Origin: Selaginella moellendorffii
Lineage: Eukaryota; Plantae; Lycopodiophyta
Length of the DNA stretch: 64,000 nucleotides
Direction of reading: 5' to 3'
Assembly: GCF_000143415.4 (NCBI RefSeq)
Contig: NW_003314349.1
Location: 381,172 to 445,171, forward strand
Shown: positions 25,102 through 37,109 of the stretch, in pieces
How the letters are laid out: each line of letters starts with the position of its first letter
How positions within the stretch are numbered: position 1 is the stretch's first letter
The notes under the pieces: generated by a model
Told to the model about the DNA's origin: nothing
The model's database searches: none
Seen by the model: the letters and a program-made list of their open reading frames with translations, nothing else
Made by a program: the position numbers and the translations under genes

Positions 25102-28100
25102 ATGGAGAGTGCCATCACTGAGTGGACGGGCTTTGTGAAATACAATGTTTGAGGCTTCTCTTGGACAAAGCATAGGGGGAAGATGATTGCGGTGTGGACC
25201 ATCTTCACAGAATGGAGGGCAAGACCTTGCAACACCTCACTCTCTTGGAAGTATGTGGCTCCATGACAACACTCACGATCGTCACTTGGAACTGTCGAGG
25301 ACTCAGCTGGACCAGCAGTCGACTTAACAAAAGAGCGCAGCTCAAGTCCCACATCCATGAGATCAGCTTAGAAGGAGGTATTGACATCTTGTGTCTACAA
25401 GAGCACAAAATAACCGAGGCCCCATACTACACCTTTGGCATGAGGGGATGGCTTTGGTGGAACCCAACTACATAAGCAATGGCTAGATTAGGAGGAGGCA
25501 CAGTAGTGGTGGTCTCAACCAAATGGTCTACTCAGGTAAGAAACCACCTTGTCCTGGTTTTGGGAAAGGCTCAGTTGCTTGTCCTTCACCTCCACCTTGG
25601 ACGGGTGGGGATAATCAATGTCTATGCACCAACGAAGAAAGGGAGACGTGCAAAATTCTGGCTAAGCGTGTTGTAGTCTGCCCAGGGGCAAGCAGATGAA
25701 TGGTTGGTCCTGGGAGACTTCAACATGGTCGAGGACATCTGTGATCACAGGGGAATGCAGGAAACAATTCAGCCACTCGAGTAGGAGCAGTGGAGTCAGC
25801 TCATGGATGTACTGGGGCTCATAGACCTCCAACATGCTGCGGGATTCGCACCTCACGCTCACCCTTTTACAAGGCGGCAGACAGTGTCCTCCTAGTCGAG
25901 ACTGGACCGGATTTACACCTCATCTCGCATATGGGGAAGCCTTAAAACATGGCTCAGTTTTGCCTCCTTCTCAGATCATGACCCCCTCCGATGCGTGATC
26001 AAGCTCCAAAGGGACAAAGGGATAGCAGTCCAGCAATCAATCACTAAAGCAATGATACGAGACTCGGTGGCGATCGGGCTTATATGCGACGCTCTTGCAC
26101 AGAACAAGATGGGGCTGATCCCAGTGCTCCTGTCTTGCTCACAGCAGCTCCGGGTGCGCCAGAAGGATCTCAAAGAAGTGGCGATGAAGGACCTGAGACT
26201 GGCCAGGCAAAAGGTGGCAGCGGCACATAGGATGTTGCTGAACACGCAAAATGAGCACAAGTGGCAAGTAGTATTGGATGAATGGGAAGTTGAGCTACTT
26301 GACCTGGAGCATGTAGCATGGGCCAAGGGTTTCCAGGCCATGGAAGATGGATAGGCCTTCTCAACAAGGTGTTCTTTAAGGGAATTAGGCCAGTGACTGA
26401 CTCTCCTCCCATCCTAGGACTAAAACATAGTGATGGGAGGGTTGTCAAGGACCAACTGGGAATGCCACGGCTTGCCCAGGAGTTCTACCAAGCGCTATAC
26501 ACAGCCCAGGAGTGGACTCCAAAAAGAGAAAATGCAGCAGTGGAAGTTCTTGCATCCCTTCCCTGGTGTGTCCCCCACAAGTGGTATGACTCACTAAGGA
26601 CAGACTTCACACTGGTGGAGCTTCGGGAAGTGCTCAGGAAGCTCAACAACGACAAGCAGCCAAGTATCGACAGCCTCTTGCCCATTTTCTTTGAGGAGCA
26701 TTGGGAGACCATAGGCCTGCTATTGCTACAAGCATGGTGGGATGCTCAACGTGATGGGACCTTGCCTCGCAAGATCCTCGAGGGCCAAATTGTGCCTATC
26801 CCAAAGAGGGGGGACTTGCAGGAGTTGAGGAACTAGAGGCTGATCATCATGCTCAACACGTCCTACAAGGTCTATGCCAAAGCAATGACCCTCAAGCTCC
26901 AAGCTATCATGTCGTTGATCATTTGAGAGCAGCAAACAGGGTTCATTCCAAGGCGGCAAATTGCAGAAAATATCTGGACATACCTTCTAGCTTAGAGATG
27001 GGCAGAGATCTTTGACCAACAAACTACAGCATGGCTATTGGACTTCGAGAAGGCCTACAATCGGGTGGACTGGAGGTTTCTGGAGGAGTGTATGCATACG
27101 ATCGGCATCCCGAGAGAGTTGGTCGCTAGGATCTCATTACTGCACCGAGGAGCCGTAAGCAGAATCACAATCAACAGCGAGACGGGATCAAGTTTTCAGC
27201 TAGGACGCTTGGTACACCAAGGGTGTCCACTAGCACCCTATCTATTTCTGATTGTGGCTGAGGCCTTAGGCACATTTCTAGCGGAAGGCAGGCGCATTAA
27301 AGGACTCACCCTACCGGCGGCGAGACAACAACTTTTGGGAACCACAAGGGTGACTCGGGAACTCCTGGATGGAGCATTTGTAGATGACACTACCCTGTTC
27401 CTACTTGTGACTAAGGAGAACTTGGATGTAGCTAAGAAGGCGTTGAAGACTTTCAACCTCACGGCTGGCACAACAATTAACTGGAACAAATTAGTGGGCA
27501 TAAATTGGGGGCAGCCAGGCATTGAATCTTGGGGGTAGGACATCAGCTTCCAGTGGCTCAAACCAGGAGAAGACACCAAGTACTTGGGGATTCAGGTTGG
27601 TACTCGGTTCAGTGCAACACTTCAGGATGACACCTTGCTCCGATGAGTACGAACGTCAATCTAGAAGTGGGCTCCCTAGAAACTCGGTTTGCCAGCGAGA
27701 GTGGTAGTAGCCAGGAGCATCATTCTGCCCAGCATTTGGTACCACCTCTCAATCTGGCCTGTCCCAGAACACACTCTTAGAAAGGTATGCATGATGGTTC
27801 ATCAATATTTGTGGCAGGGCGCATTGGTCACAAGGAGGAGTATGGCCAAGGTCGTGTGGCAATCTACAGCACGTCCGCGAGTCTTGGGAGGACTTGGAGT
27901 TATCGATCCAAGTGACATGGCAAAGGTGCTACGGTATAAAATCCTCCTCATCAGCCTTCAACCAGGCAACCAACCTCAGAGACTCATGTTCAAGCAGAGC
28001 TTGTTGGCAATCCGGCCTAGGCACAACACTACAAGACCATAGGAGGAGGATCCACGTTGGCTTTTTGCTGAAGGGCCGAAGCAAGTAGTCAAGGGCGGCA

Positions 28101-29884
28101 CACTGGTTCAAGGGTTCCTTAGGTTATGGAGCGAGTTTCTAGTCAGTAGGGAAATGCCGGGGCAAGCAGAGGACTGGCTGAACCAGCCCCTATTCTTCAA
28201 CGACCTCTTCAAAGTGGATGACAGGACGTTGGGTAGGGAAGACCACTACACAATCTAGTGAAAGCTGCATAGTGAAGGCTTTCGAACTCTCAAGCAACTA
28301 ATGGGAGTTCTGGACAAGGATAGGAGGAAGACTACAAGGCGAATACAGGTCTTTAACCTAGGACGGTGGAGGAAAGTCCACCTCAATCTTCTTTGCATCA
28401 TCAGAGCGATGAGTGAGGCGAAGAAGGGGAAGCTCTGGCCTAGGCGCTGTCTCAAACCTGGAGACTTTGTGGCTCTGCAACGGGACATGGAGCCAGGTAG
28501 GGAACGAGTCAGATTGGGGGCCTAGACACGGGTGTTTACGACACCTACACCAGCTTGGGAGGATGGCGATGTGGAGGTGTGGTTTGTTGTGTCTCCCGAA
28601 TAAAACGTCGGGTTAAGGTGATATGCTGCTACCAATAGGAGACGAACAAGCCATGCCAATGGTGACGGACGATGAAGTCAAGGGTAGGATTCAAGTGGTA
28701 TGATAGGCTCTGAGGCAGGTGGTGGTAGTTCAATCAATGGCCACACTAGAGGGGGATGGCATTCTCAGATGGTGGCGATAGCAACTCATTGAGGATCTGG
28801 ATTGGGACCCAGTAGCATGGAAACGAGGAGCGAAGAGCTTCTTCTCATTTGAAGTCAAGGAAGCACGGGATGGTCTCTTGACCAGCAGGAAGGAGGCCCA
28901 AGGGGAGATCCCCAAGCTCTAGAAGAAATGGATTGAGCAAGGAGTCGAAGCAAATCAGGTGGTGGACAACACACTAGCATTCTGGAAACTACCAATATAG
29001 GAGAAAGTCAAGGCCACTTCTTGGTTGGTGGCAAATAACGGCTGCCAGTAGGACAACGATTCTAGGAGGAAGCATGCCGATGATGCAATGAGTGTGGTGA
29101 GCTAGAGACAACGCGACACATAGCTTGGAGATGTGACGTGGTGAGAGAGGTATGGCGACAGATCTTCAAGGCGATGCAGGAACTAGGAGACATTCCAAAG
29201 TTCGAGGCTCAGAGCGGGGATATCCTCCATTGGTTTGAGGGAGATAGAGGTCCAGCCATTGGTCCAGCTTGGAGGCGTATTCGCTGTTATGGACGACATG
29301 GATGGAACATGCGAGTCTGATGGGATGCGATAAGGGCTGAAGTTAGGATGTCAGTTTGGGAGGCGATGGGCCATGAGTGATGGTCCATCTAGAGGGCGAC
29401 TAGAGTGCAAGCACTCTAGGAGGCACGGAACCATTGCCGTTTTGATGGGCAACAAGCAAAGATATCAGTGGTGGTGGCATCGTGGTGGAGGCTCACTCTT
29501 GCAGCGGTGCGGCTTCATTACACCATCTTGAAGGAGCGGGTGAAACCGAGGCAACTAGAGGAGTGGTGGTCCAAGTGGCTCCCATGCTTTGGCAGAATGG
29601 TAAGTGGCAAGATTTGTTGGCAATGGTGCCCCCCGGACTTTGTTCTACGTTCAGCTCGTGGGGGAGACTTGGACATCGACATGATTTGATCGAGACGACC
29701 ACGTCCACTTCTACTCCAGGACTAGGTCCTATTGCGACATACGAGGATCACATAGAGTAGCTCATTGAGAGGGTGGCATGCCCAGTTTTTGTATTAGTCC
29801 TATTGGGACATGGGGAATGTACATACATATTCAATGATTTCACTGGATTGTAGCACCGCAGAGTGTCTTTGACTGTAAACATGC

Positions 29885-29912
29885 CTAAATCCTAAACCCT
29901 AAACCCTAAACC
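29885..29912 (+). repeat. Interstitial plant telomere repeats (CCCTAAA)n at the LINE/gypsy junction
   Basis: cctaaat cctaaa ccctaaa ccctaaa cc. Confidence 0.85.
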
Positions 29913-31233
29913 AGTTTCTCGAGGTTTTGACATGGTGCTTTTTTCCAAGATGGCCCATTTCTTGCCACAGATGATGTCATCAGCGATCGTGGTCCTCAAT
30001 TTGTTTCTAGCTTTTGGCAACAATTCCTTTCTTTCCTTCATGTCAAGAGCTAGCTGTCGACTTCCCACCATCCTCAGACTAATGGGCAATGGGAGCATAC
30101 AATTCAAACTCTAGAGCAATACCTTCGATGCTTTATTTGCCATCAACAGGATGATTAGGTTGATCTTCTTCCCTCTGCTAAGTTTGCCTACAATAATTCT
30201 CAGCACTCCTCAACACATTCATTTTTTGTGAATTATGGCCTTCATCCCCATTGGTCATATTTGTACCTATAACTCCTGGTATTTTCTAATGCTTCGATTG
30301 CTGCTCGTGCTGTTGCTTTGGATTCTCTTCACGAGGATGTTCATCACCACCTTGCTCATGCCCAAGCTGCTCATCACCATGTTGCTAATCACTCATGTTA
30401 ACCTAGTCCTTCATTTTCTGTTGGATCTAAGGTTTGGCTTCTTCAGCGTCATTGGAAGACTACTCGCCCTTGCAACAAGTTGGACTACCAATGTTTGGGC
30501 CCTTTTCCAGTTCTATCTCGCATTTTTGAGGTAACTTATCGGCTTGATCTTCCAACATCCATGGGTTTGTATCCAGTATTCCACGTTTCTCTTTTGGAAC
30601 CTTATCATGCTCCTTTGGATCCTGCTCATATTCCTCTAGCTCCTCCTCCTCCTACAGTTATTGCTGGTGAACCAAAGTTTGAGGTTGCTACTATACTTGA
30701 TTCTAAGTACAGGTATCACAAGCTTTATTATCTTGTCGATTGGCTTGAATATTCACCTAGCAATCATATGTGGGAACCTGCTACTTTTGTTGCTCATGCT
30801 CCTGATTTAGTTGCGGATTTTTATCGTCGCTATCCTCTCAAACTTGGTCTTACACCACTTCAGTTGCCACTTAGTGCTTGGCAATAGGAGGGGGAATGAT
30901 GTCATATATTTGCCATCTCTCTCTGTATTTACTGAAGGTATTTTTCACTGTATTTGCTCCTTACGGGATTTGAACCCTGGACCTGTAGTGATGAGATTTG
31001 AACCCAAGATCTACCATGCATGTGCATGCCTAAATTACTTTCCTGGATTAGCAAAAGGGTTGACCAAATTAGGTTCTAAGGACCCTATAAAAGTAGGGTT
31101 TCTAGGACTTTGTACTCAAAGTGTTCAACACAATTCTTTCTTCCTTCAACTTTTCTTTTGTCTTTGTCTTTTGATCTTGTCTTTTTCCTTGTCATCTCCT
31201 TTCACTAATGAGCTCCTAGTAGTTTTGTTGACA
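29913..31233 (+). mobile_element. Ty3/gypsy chromovirus 3' remnant (integrase core, chromodomain, PPT, 3' LTR 30900-31233)
   Basis: [29 protein letters not shown] and chromodomain FEVATILDS..YLVDWLEY..WEP; PPT aggagggggaatga; LTR TGTCA...TGACA. Confidence 0.88.
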
Positions 31234-33265
31234 TTTTTTGAGAGGTGTCTTAGGGTTTAGGGTGAAAATTATAGCTGAAATATCTCTACCTTGGATCACA
31301 TTTCTTTCTTATGATAACATTTCTCGTAATTGGGCCAAAAGTTCTTTATTTTATTCCTGTGATCATTTCCAAATATGTTTCTATGAAGAAGTAGTGGCTC
31401 TTAAGCTTGTGGAGGGTGAGTTCTAACCCATAAAGAACCAACCATTGTTCATGAAAATAAACCCTAAATGCTAAACCCTAAACTGAGGTTGGCTTTCCTC
31501 TCTAGTTTTGAGCACTATCATGAACTTATTAAAGCCATCAATTTATCACTATATTGTGACTTCTATTGACTACAGTATTTTTTATTGTCAAAACTATTTC
31601 ACTCAACTACCAAATCCTTATAAATACGTTTTTCATTATTATTGTTATATATGGTGAAAACTTTGTGACTTCCAATGACTGCAGTATCTTTTACAATTAA
31701 GACTACTTTACTAAACAGATATAATGTTTTCCATTATTATCGTTACATATGGTAAAACTTTTCTCTTTTCACTTTCTTGTTTTTTTCTTCATTTTTTTTC
31801 TTTCTATTTTCTTTCACTTTTTTTTTCTAGGATGTTGGTATCAAAAAGATACATCCTTTTATTGAATAGGTATTTTAATAAAATAAAGTATCATTTAACT
31901 TTTGTTAGAGCATTTGCAATAGTTTTCTTCCATCCACAGTTGATTTATGAGAGTGTTGAGGCAATGAAGTAATTAGATTTATAGATTTAAATGAAAGTTA
32001 TCATCTAGAATAAAATCTTTCTTAATGTATTTCTCTGTGCACCATATGCAAGTAATTTTACCCCCACAACACACTAGCAATAACTTTAGGTATTTGTCAT
32101 ATATTAAATTTTCATCTTGAGGTGGTGCCAACTCCTAAGAACTCATACATTTCTTAGTTTTAATCCCATGGTTTTTAAATGTTTTCTATATCACATCATT
32201 CCAATCACTATCATGATCAATCTAAGTAATTTAAACTAATTTTCTGCCAACCAACCCACTCACAACACCATATTCAATACTCACTATACCTAGTTCATAT
32301 TTCATCAGTATACATATACTTATTTAGGGATATTTTGAAATTATATACCTTGAGTGAATGGCCTAAAACCTAGGGCTGGAACCTTAGGATTTATAGTTTA
32401 AAGGTTAAGGTTTTGAATGATTAATCTTATTTTAAAAACTATTGGAATAAAATAAAACCCCTAGAAAAAATAGTTTAGTGTTTATACAACCTTTGAAATT
32501 GCCCTAAACCCTAGGGTTTGCACCCCAAAATTATAGGGGTTATATAGATTATTCTTTCAAGACCATTCAGCCAGGGTATTAAATGTTAAGGAAAATGGTT
32601 ATTTCAAGCATGTTGTGTGATGCAATCATAAAATGCTAGAAAGAAAAGGTCAAAGAAATTATTCTTGGAGTATCAAATCTTAACAATATAGATGACATTA
32701 GTGGAGTACTTTTGGTTGTGGCTTGTACAATACATAAAGTTATTATTAAATTGTTACTATGAGAAAGGGAAAACAAAGACTTTAATGGTATTCAGAATGG
32801 CTTTGTTTTAATGTTTTTGGCTTTACAGATGTTTTGAGAATGCTCCTGTACTTTGAGGTGGTCAAGCATCACTTGCCATTCAATCTTATTAAAGACTTCT
32901 TATCAACATTAACACTGCTTAGTATAACTAACATTGTAGATAACCTGTTGCATGCCATAGATTTCATGGATGAAAATAATTAGATTATGAAAAAGCATAT
33001 GCAACAATTGAAGCAAGTTTTGGAATAGATTCTAAGTGACTCTGACAATGACAAGCCTAGTCACTTGCAGTGGTCAACAATGACACGAGGAATTTTGGGA
33101 GATAATGAGTCTCCTACTAGCACTAAGAGGTTTGCAAGGCTAGGAAAACTTGGAAAACTTAAAAATTTGTTGAAATAGTAGGATGTTTTAGTTGTTGGTA
33201 TGACCAAAGACATGTACTATAGATACCTAAATACCATTTACTATTTACCATTAGCTTATTAAACG

Positions 33266-33735
33266 ATGTTGAAAAACCTTTACAAAACAAACTTGATATT
33301 CTTAACATAGTCATAGGTAAGAATAACCTCTTTCATGTGTAATTTTTGAAGTTAAAATATCCTTTTGTTCTGTAGATAATATCTAAAGACTGTTTTGAAC
33401 AAGGAAAATATTCAAAAGAACATAATTTCCTCGACATGCTTAATGGTTATTTGTTAAAACAAATACTAAGAACAAAAAAGATATAGCTACTTCTGTATAA
33501 TTGTGTTTTTGGTGTCTTTTAAGTTGGGAAATCCCTTTGGGTGGTGTAGAAAATGGCCAATTACTATGAACAATAACAATGTTGAAAAGTCTTCACAAAA
33601 CAAACTTAATGTTTTTGACATAGTCATAAGTAAAAATAACCTTGTGTATAACTTTTGAGGTTAAAATATCCCTTTACAACATTAATGTCTAAAGTCTGTT
33701 TCGAACAAGGAAAATGTTCAAAAGAATGTAATTTA
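33266..33735. repeat. Direct duplication of about 160 bp
   Basis: atgttgaaaaacctttacaaaacaaacttgatatt... (33266) versus tgttgaaaagtcttcacaaaacaaacttaatgttt... (33580). Confidence 0.75.
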
Positions 33736-34682
33736 GTTAAAACAAGGAGATAAGTTTGATTTAGGGTGAGGGCATTTCATAAAGCTTGTTGGAAGGTGGG
33801 GTGGTAATGTTGGAAGGGAGCTAGAGATTGGCCACTAACTTAGATGAGTAAGATCCTCAATTGTATAGATAGGAAGGCTACTTTTATCTTAAGACACAAT
33901 GGTGAAAAAAGATGTCTAATGAAGTTTTTTAGTCATTGGTTCTTTTTTAAGCTTTTTTTTATTAATGGGCTGCTCATTTAGGCATTTACTTAAAGATGTA
34001 TAGAGCTGTCAATCAAGATGAACCTCAAGTGCCCCTCATCATTGCTCTAAAACCCTAAACCTTAAACCCTAAACATTTTTCTAAAAAATGTACAGTACTG
34101 AAAGGGTTTTTGGTTTTTGGTTTTTCTTTGGTCTTCTTTTTCATTTAGTCTTTGGTTTAAAACTTAATTGCTCATCTTTGGCAATTTTTCAGTAATGCAC
34201 AGAGCAACCTTGGCTAAGGAAGACATTGACGAATTCAACAATGTAAATGAATGGCAATGTTTTGAGGATGGAGACAACAAACCATACATGTGCAAGCTCG
34301 AAAATGTCCTTGCACACCCCCTAAAGGGATTTTGTAACAAGCAATTTTTTGACAATACAGTTCTGAATCAGCATAGAATCTGAATTCACAACTATGAAAT
34401 CATAAATTTTTTGTATTTTCTTTTTTTCTAATACTGTTTTTTACACTTGACAATGCTAAAATCTGGAAATGGATATAGGAGAAAGAGTAAACAAGAGTCC
34501 TCTTAGTACAGAATTTTTATTCCTCAAAACTCATTCAAATTTTTATGCAAATTTTTAATATACAAACTTTAGAAAATCAGGTGCACAATGAAATGCTACC
34601 ATGCAGACTAAAGAACTAGAAGTTGAACCTTCTAAACATGAAATATAGCCATATCAATGCCAAAGAGACCCAAAAAATTAAA

Positions 34683-36147
34683 CCAAACTTCAATCTTTCA
34701 CCTAGATTCTATGTATTACATTGGACACGATAGTAGCAAAGCCTTCAAGATTATTAGGGAGTACCTAGAGCATGAGTGGAGGTATTATAATGGTGAAAAT
34801 CCCATAATCAAAATTAGCATAAAAAAACTGAAGGTATGTTTTATGTTGGTCTTTAGTTTATCAGTTGACCTTGTTCAATTATCGGCTGCTGGAGTGCTAT
34901 AGAGACGAGCTGCCCGGATATCTCAAAGCTACTGTGGTCGAGTCAGAGGTGTAAATTAGCATCCAGTAGCCAACTAACCACTATTTGCAAAAAGCTGTCA
35001 AGGAAAACAACATAATAAAGAAGGACATTGTGTTAAAAAAATTCTTCCAAAGATGTAAAAAACAAAATGTCAAAAGGAATGACAAGGAGGAGCAAGAAGT
35101 TGCTACTACACATAAGCATGAGGAGAAAAATAAAACTTGCAATTAAAAATGGAAGATGAAGCTATGGGTGAAAAAGTAAATGACTAGGTAGTCTTTAAGC
35201 CAAATGAAAAGCTAAAGATTAAATGCTAAATGCAGGAAAATGTAAAATGCAAAAAAACAAATGTAAATCAAATGAATCAGGATATTTTAAGGGTCTATCC
35301 TAACACTTCTATATAGCATGAAAGTTCTACACGTGTCAGTTTTTCTAAACTTTTCTTTAAAAAACTTACTATGAATCTTGTTGTAAGATTTCATACTTTG
35401 TAGAAATGCCTTCCAAATGGAAAAATCCAAACAAGGATAGAGCCTTAAAATGTCTTGACTTATTTAAGTTATATTTACTCTTTTGCATTCTATGTTTTCC
35501 TACATTTAGCAATTAGTTTTTAGGTTTTCATTTGGCTTAAAAACTATCAAGTCATTTGCTTTTTCACTTGTATCTTCATCCTCCTTTTTCAACTACAAGT
35601 TTTCATCATTCTCTTCCTGCTTATGTGCAGCATCAACTTCTTGCTCCTCCTTATCATTTCCCTTGACATTTTGTTTTTTACGCCTTCAGAAGAATTTTTT
35701 AAGCACAATTTCCTTCCTTATTTTGTCATCAGTAAATAGTAGTTAATCTTTAGTTTGTTTGAAGATGAGTAACTACTTTAATATAAAACTATACTTTTTT
35801 TTTGTTGCCTGTATTTTCATCTGTAAGATACCATTTTATCTACAAACTTTATTGTAAGATTTTTAGGAGATTTCTTTATAAATGTCTCCATGAAGTGCAT
35901 CATGTAAACTCTACAATCCATAGCATTAGTCTATTACAAAACCTGGAAAATTGAATAAGGTCAATTGATAAACTAAAGACCAACATAAAACATACCTTCA
36001 ATTTTTTATGCTAATTTTAATCATGGGATTTTCACTATTGTAATACTTTCACTCATGCTCCAGGTACTCTTTTATAATCTTGAAGGCTTTACTACTATTA
36101 TGTCCAATGTCATACATAGAATTTAGGTGAAAGATTGAAGTTTGGTC
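34683..36147. repeat. Large imperfect inverted duplication (palindrome) of a Ulp1-like gene 3' end
   Basis: 34683-34880 is the reverse complement of 35950-36147, and 35010-35255 of 35480-35725. Confidence 0.85.
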
Positions 36148-36700
36148 TGCTTTGAGAGAAATGATAACCAAACTCTAGTGGGATTTAAAAATTGGTGTAT
36201 ATTAAGTTTAAAACCAAAGAATTAAAAATAATAATACTTATACTTTAAATATGGGCAATAATAGATACATTTTCTCAAAAATATTTGGTTGATTCTCCAT
36301 TTCCTTATTTTTTCATACTTTTGACTAATAAAGAAAAAATTTAAAAATTTAAAACTCTTACCTTTTGATACAAATATGAATAGAAGAAGCTATTGAAGAC
36401 ATATTAACCTTGTTTTAGCTTTAGGTTCTAGAAAAATGTGTTAAGGAAAAAAACATTAAATATTTTACACAATAAAGAAGTTCACAACCATGTCATTTAT
36501 CATTCAATTGGTATTCATGCACTATAGATCAATATTATTAATGAGTAGCTTCATTGTTGCAAAAAATCACAAATGTAAGATAAACTTGGTAAATTATTTC
36601 AAAGTTGAGATTATCTGTTTGAAACTCCAACCAATAATGTAAAGTCTGATATTTCCACTTTTTCTCATATGTTTTTTGTCAGCTCCTTCACATCCTAGAA
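35480..36700 (-). pseudogene. Degenerate Ulp1/C48 SUMO-protease-like gene (probably transposon-borne)
   Basis: The - strand reads SH*SLVII..IFHLNS (HLDS in the inverted copy)..AFKII.EYL.HE, an intron, then TNAMDCRVYMMHFMETF, giving the H/D/C motifs of the C48 peptidase. Confidence 0.7.
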
Positions 36701-37109
36701 AAAAAAAATTTTATTGTCTCTTATCAAAGTTTTAACTAAAAACCTTTATCAAGTTGTCCTTATCATTTTGTTTGTCCATCCCTTTTGTTTCAAGTGCGTT
36801 TTGCACATCATCATCCTCATCATCTCATTTGTCATCCTCTAGTAAACTTGAAAATGAGGTGTATAGGAATAAGAAAGATGATGGTGAAAAAATGATGGAA
36901 AACAGAGTTGCCTTGGATCACCAATCAGAGACAAACTCTAACAATGAAGAGTGATAAGCTGAGTTAATTGGATAATCTACTCTAGGTAGCACTTGCATGT
37001 AAGATTTGGCCATCAACAAGTGAGAAGAGGGTAAAGATGGCATAAGGCACATAATCAATCAAGATCCAATAGAAGTCTAAGAACTAGAATAATGGAAGGT
37101 AAAAATAAA

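Larger units (their letters stand above)
22437..29912 (+). mobile_element. L1-type LINE copy B (end of ORF1, ORF2 25263-29689 with APE-RT-zinc finger), degenerate, interrupted by a hAT
   Basis: APE: TWNCRGL, DILCLQEHK, INVYAPT, LGDFNMV, SRLDRIY, SDHDPL. RT: LDFEKAYNRVDW, QGCPLAPYLF, FVDDTT, KYLGI. C-terminal CxxC..H..C. The 5' boundary is approximate. Confidence 0.9.

Noticed and set aside
30960-31010. tRNA-like gggatttgaaccc motifs
   Set aside because: They lie inside a gypsy LTR and form no cloverleaf.
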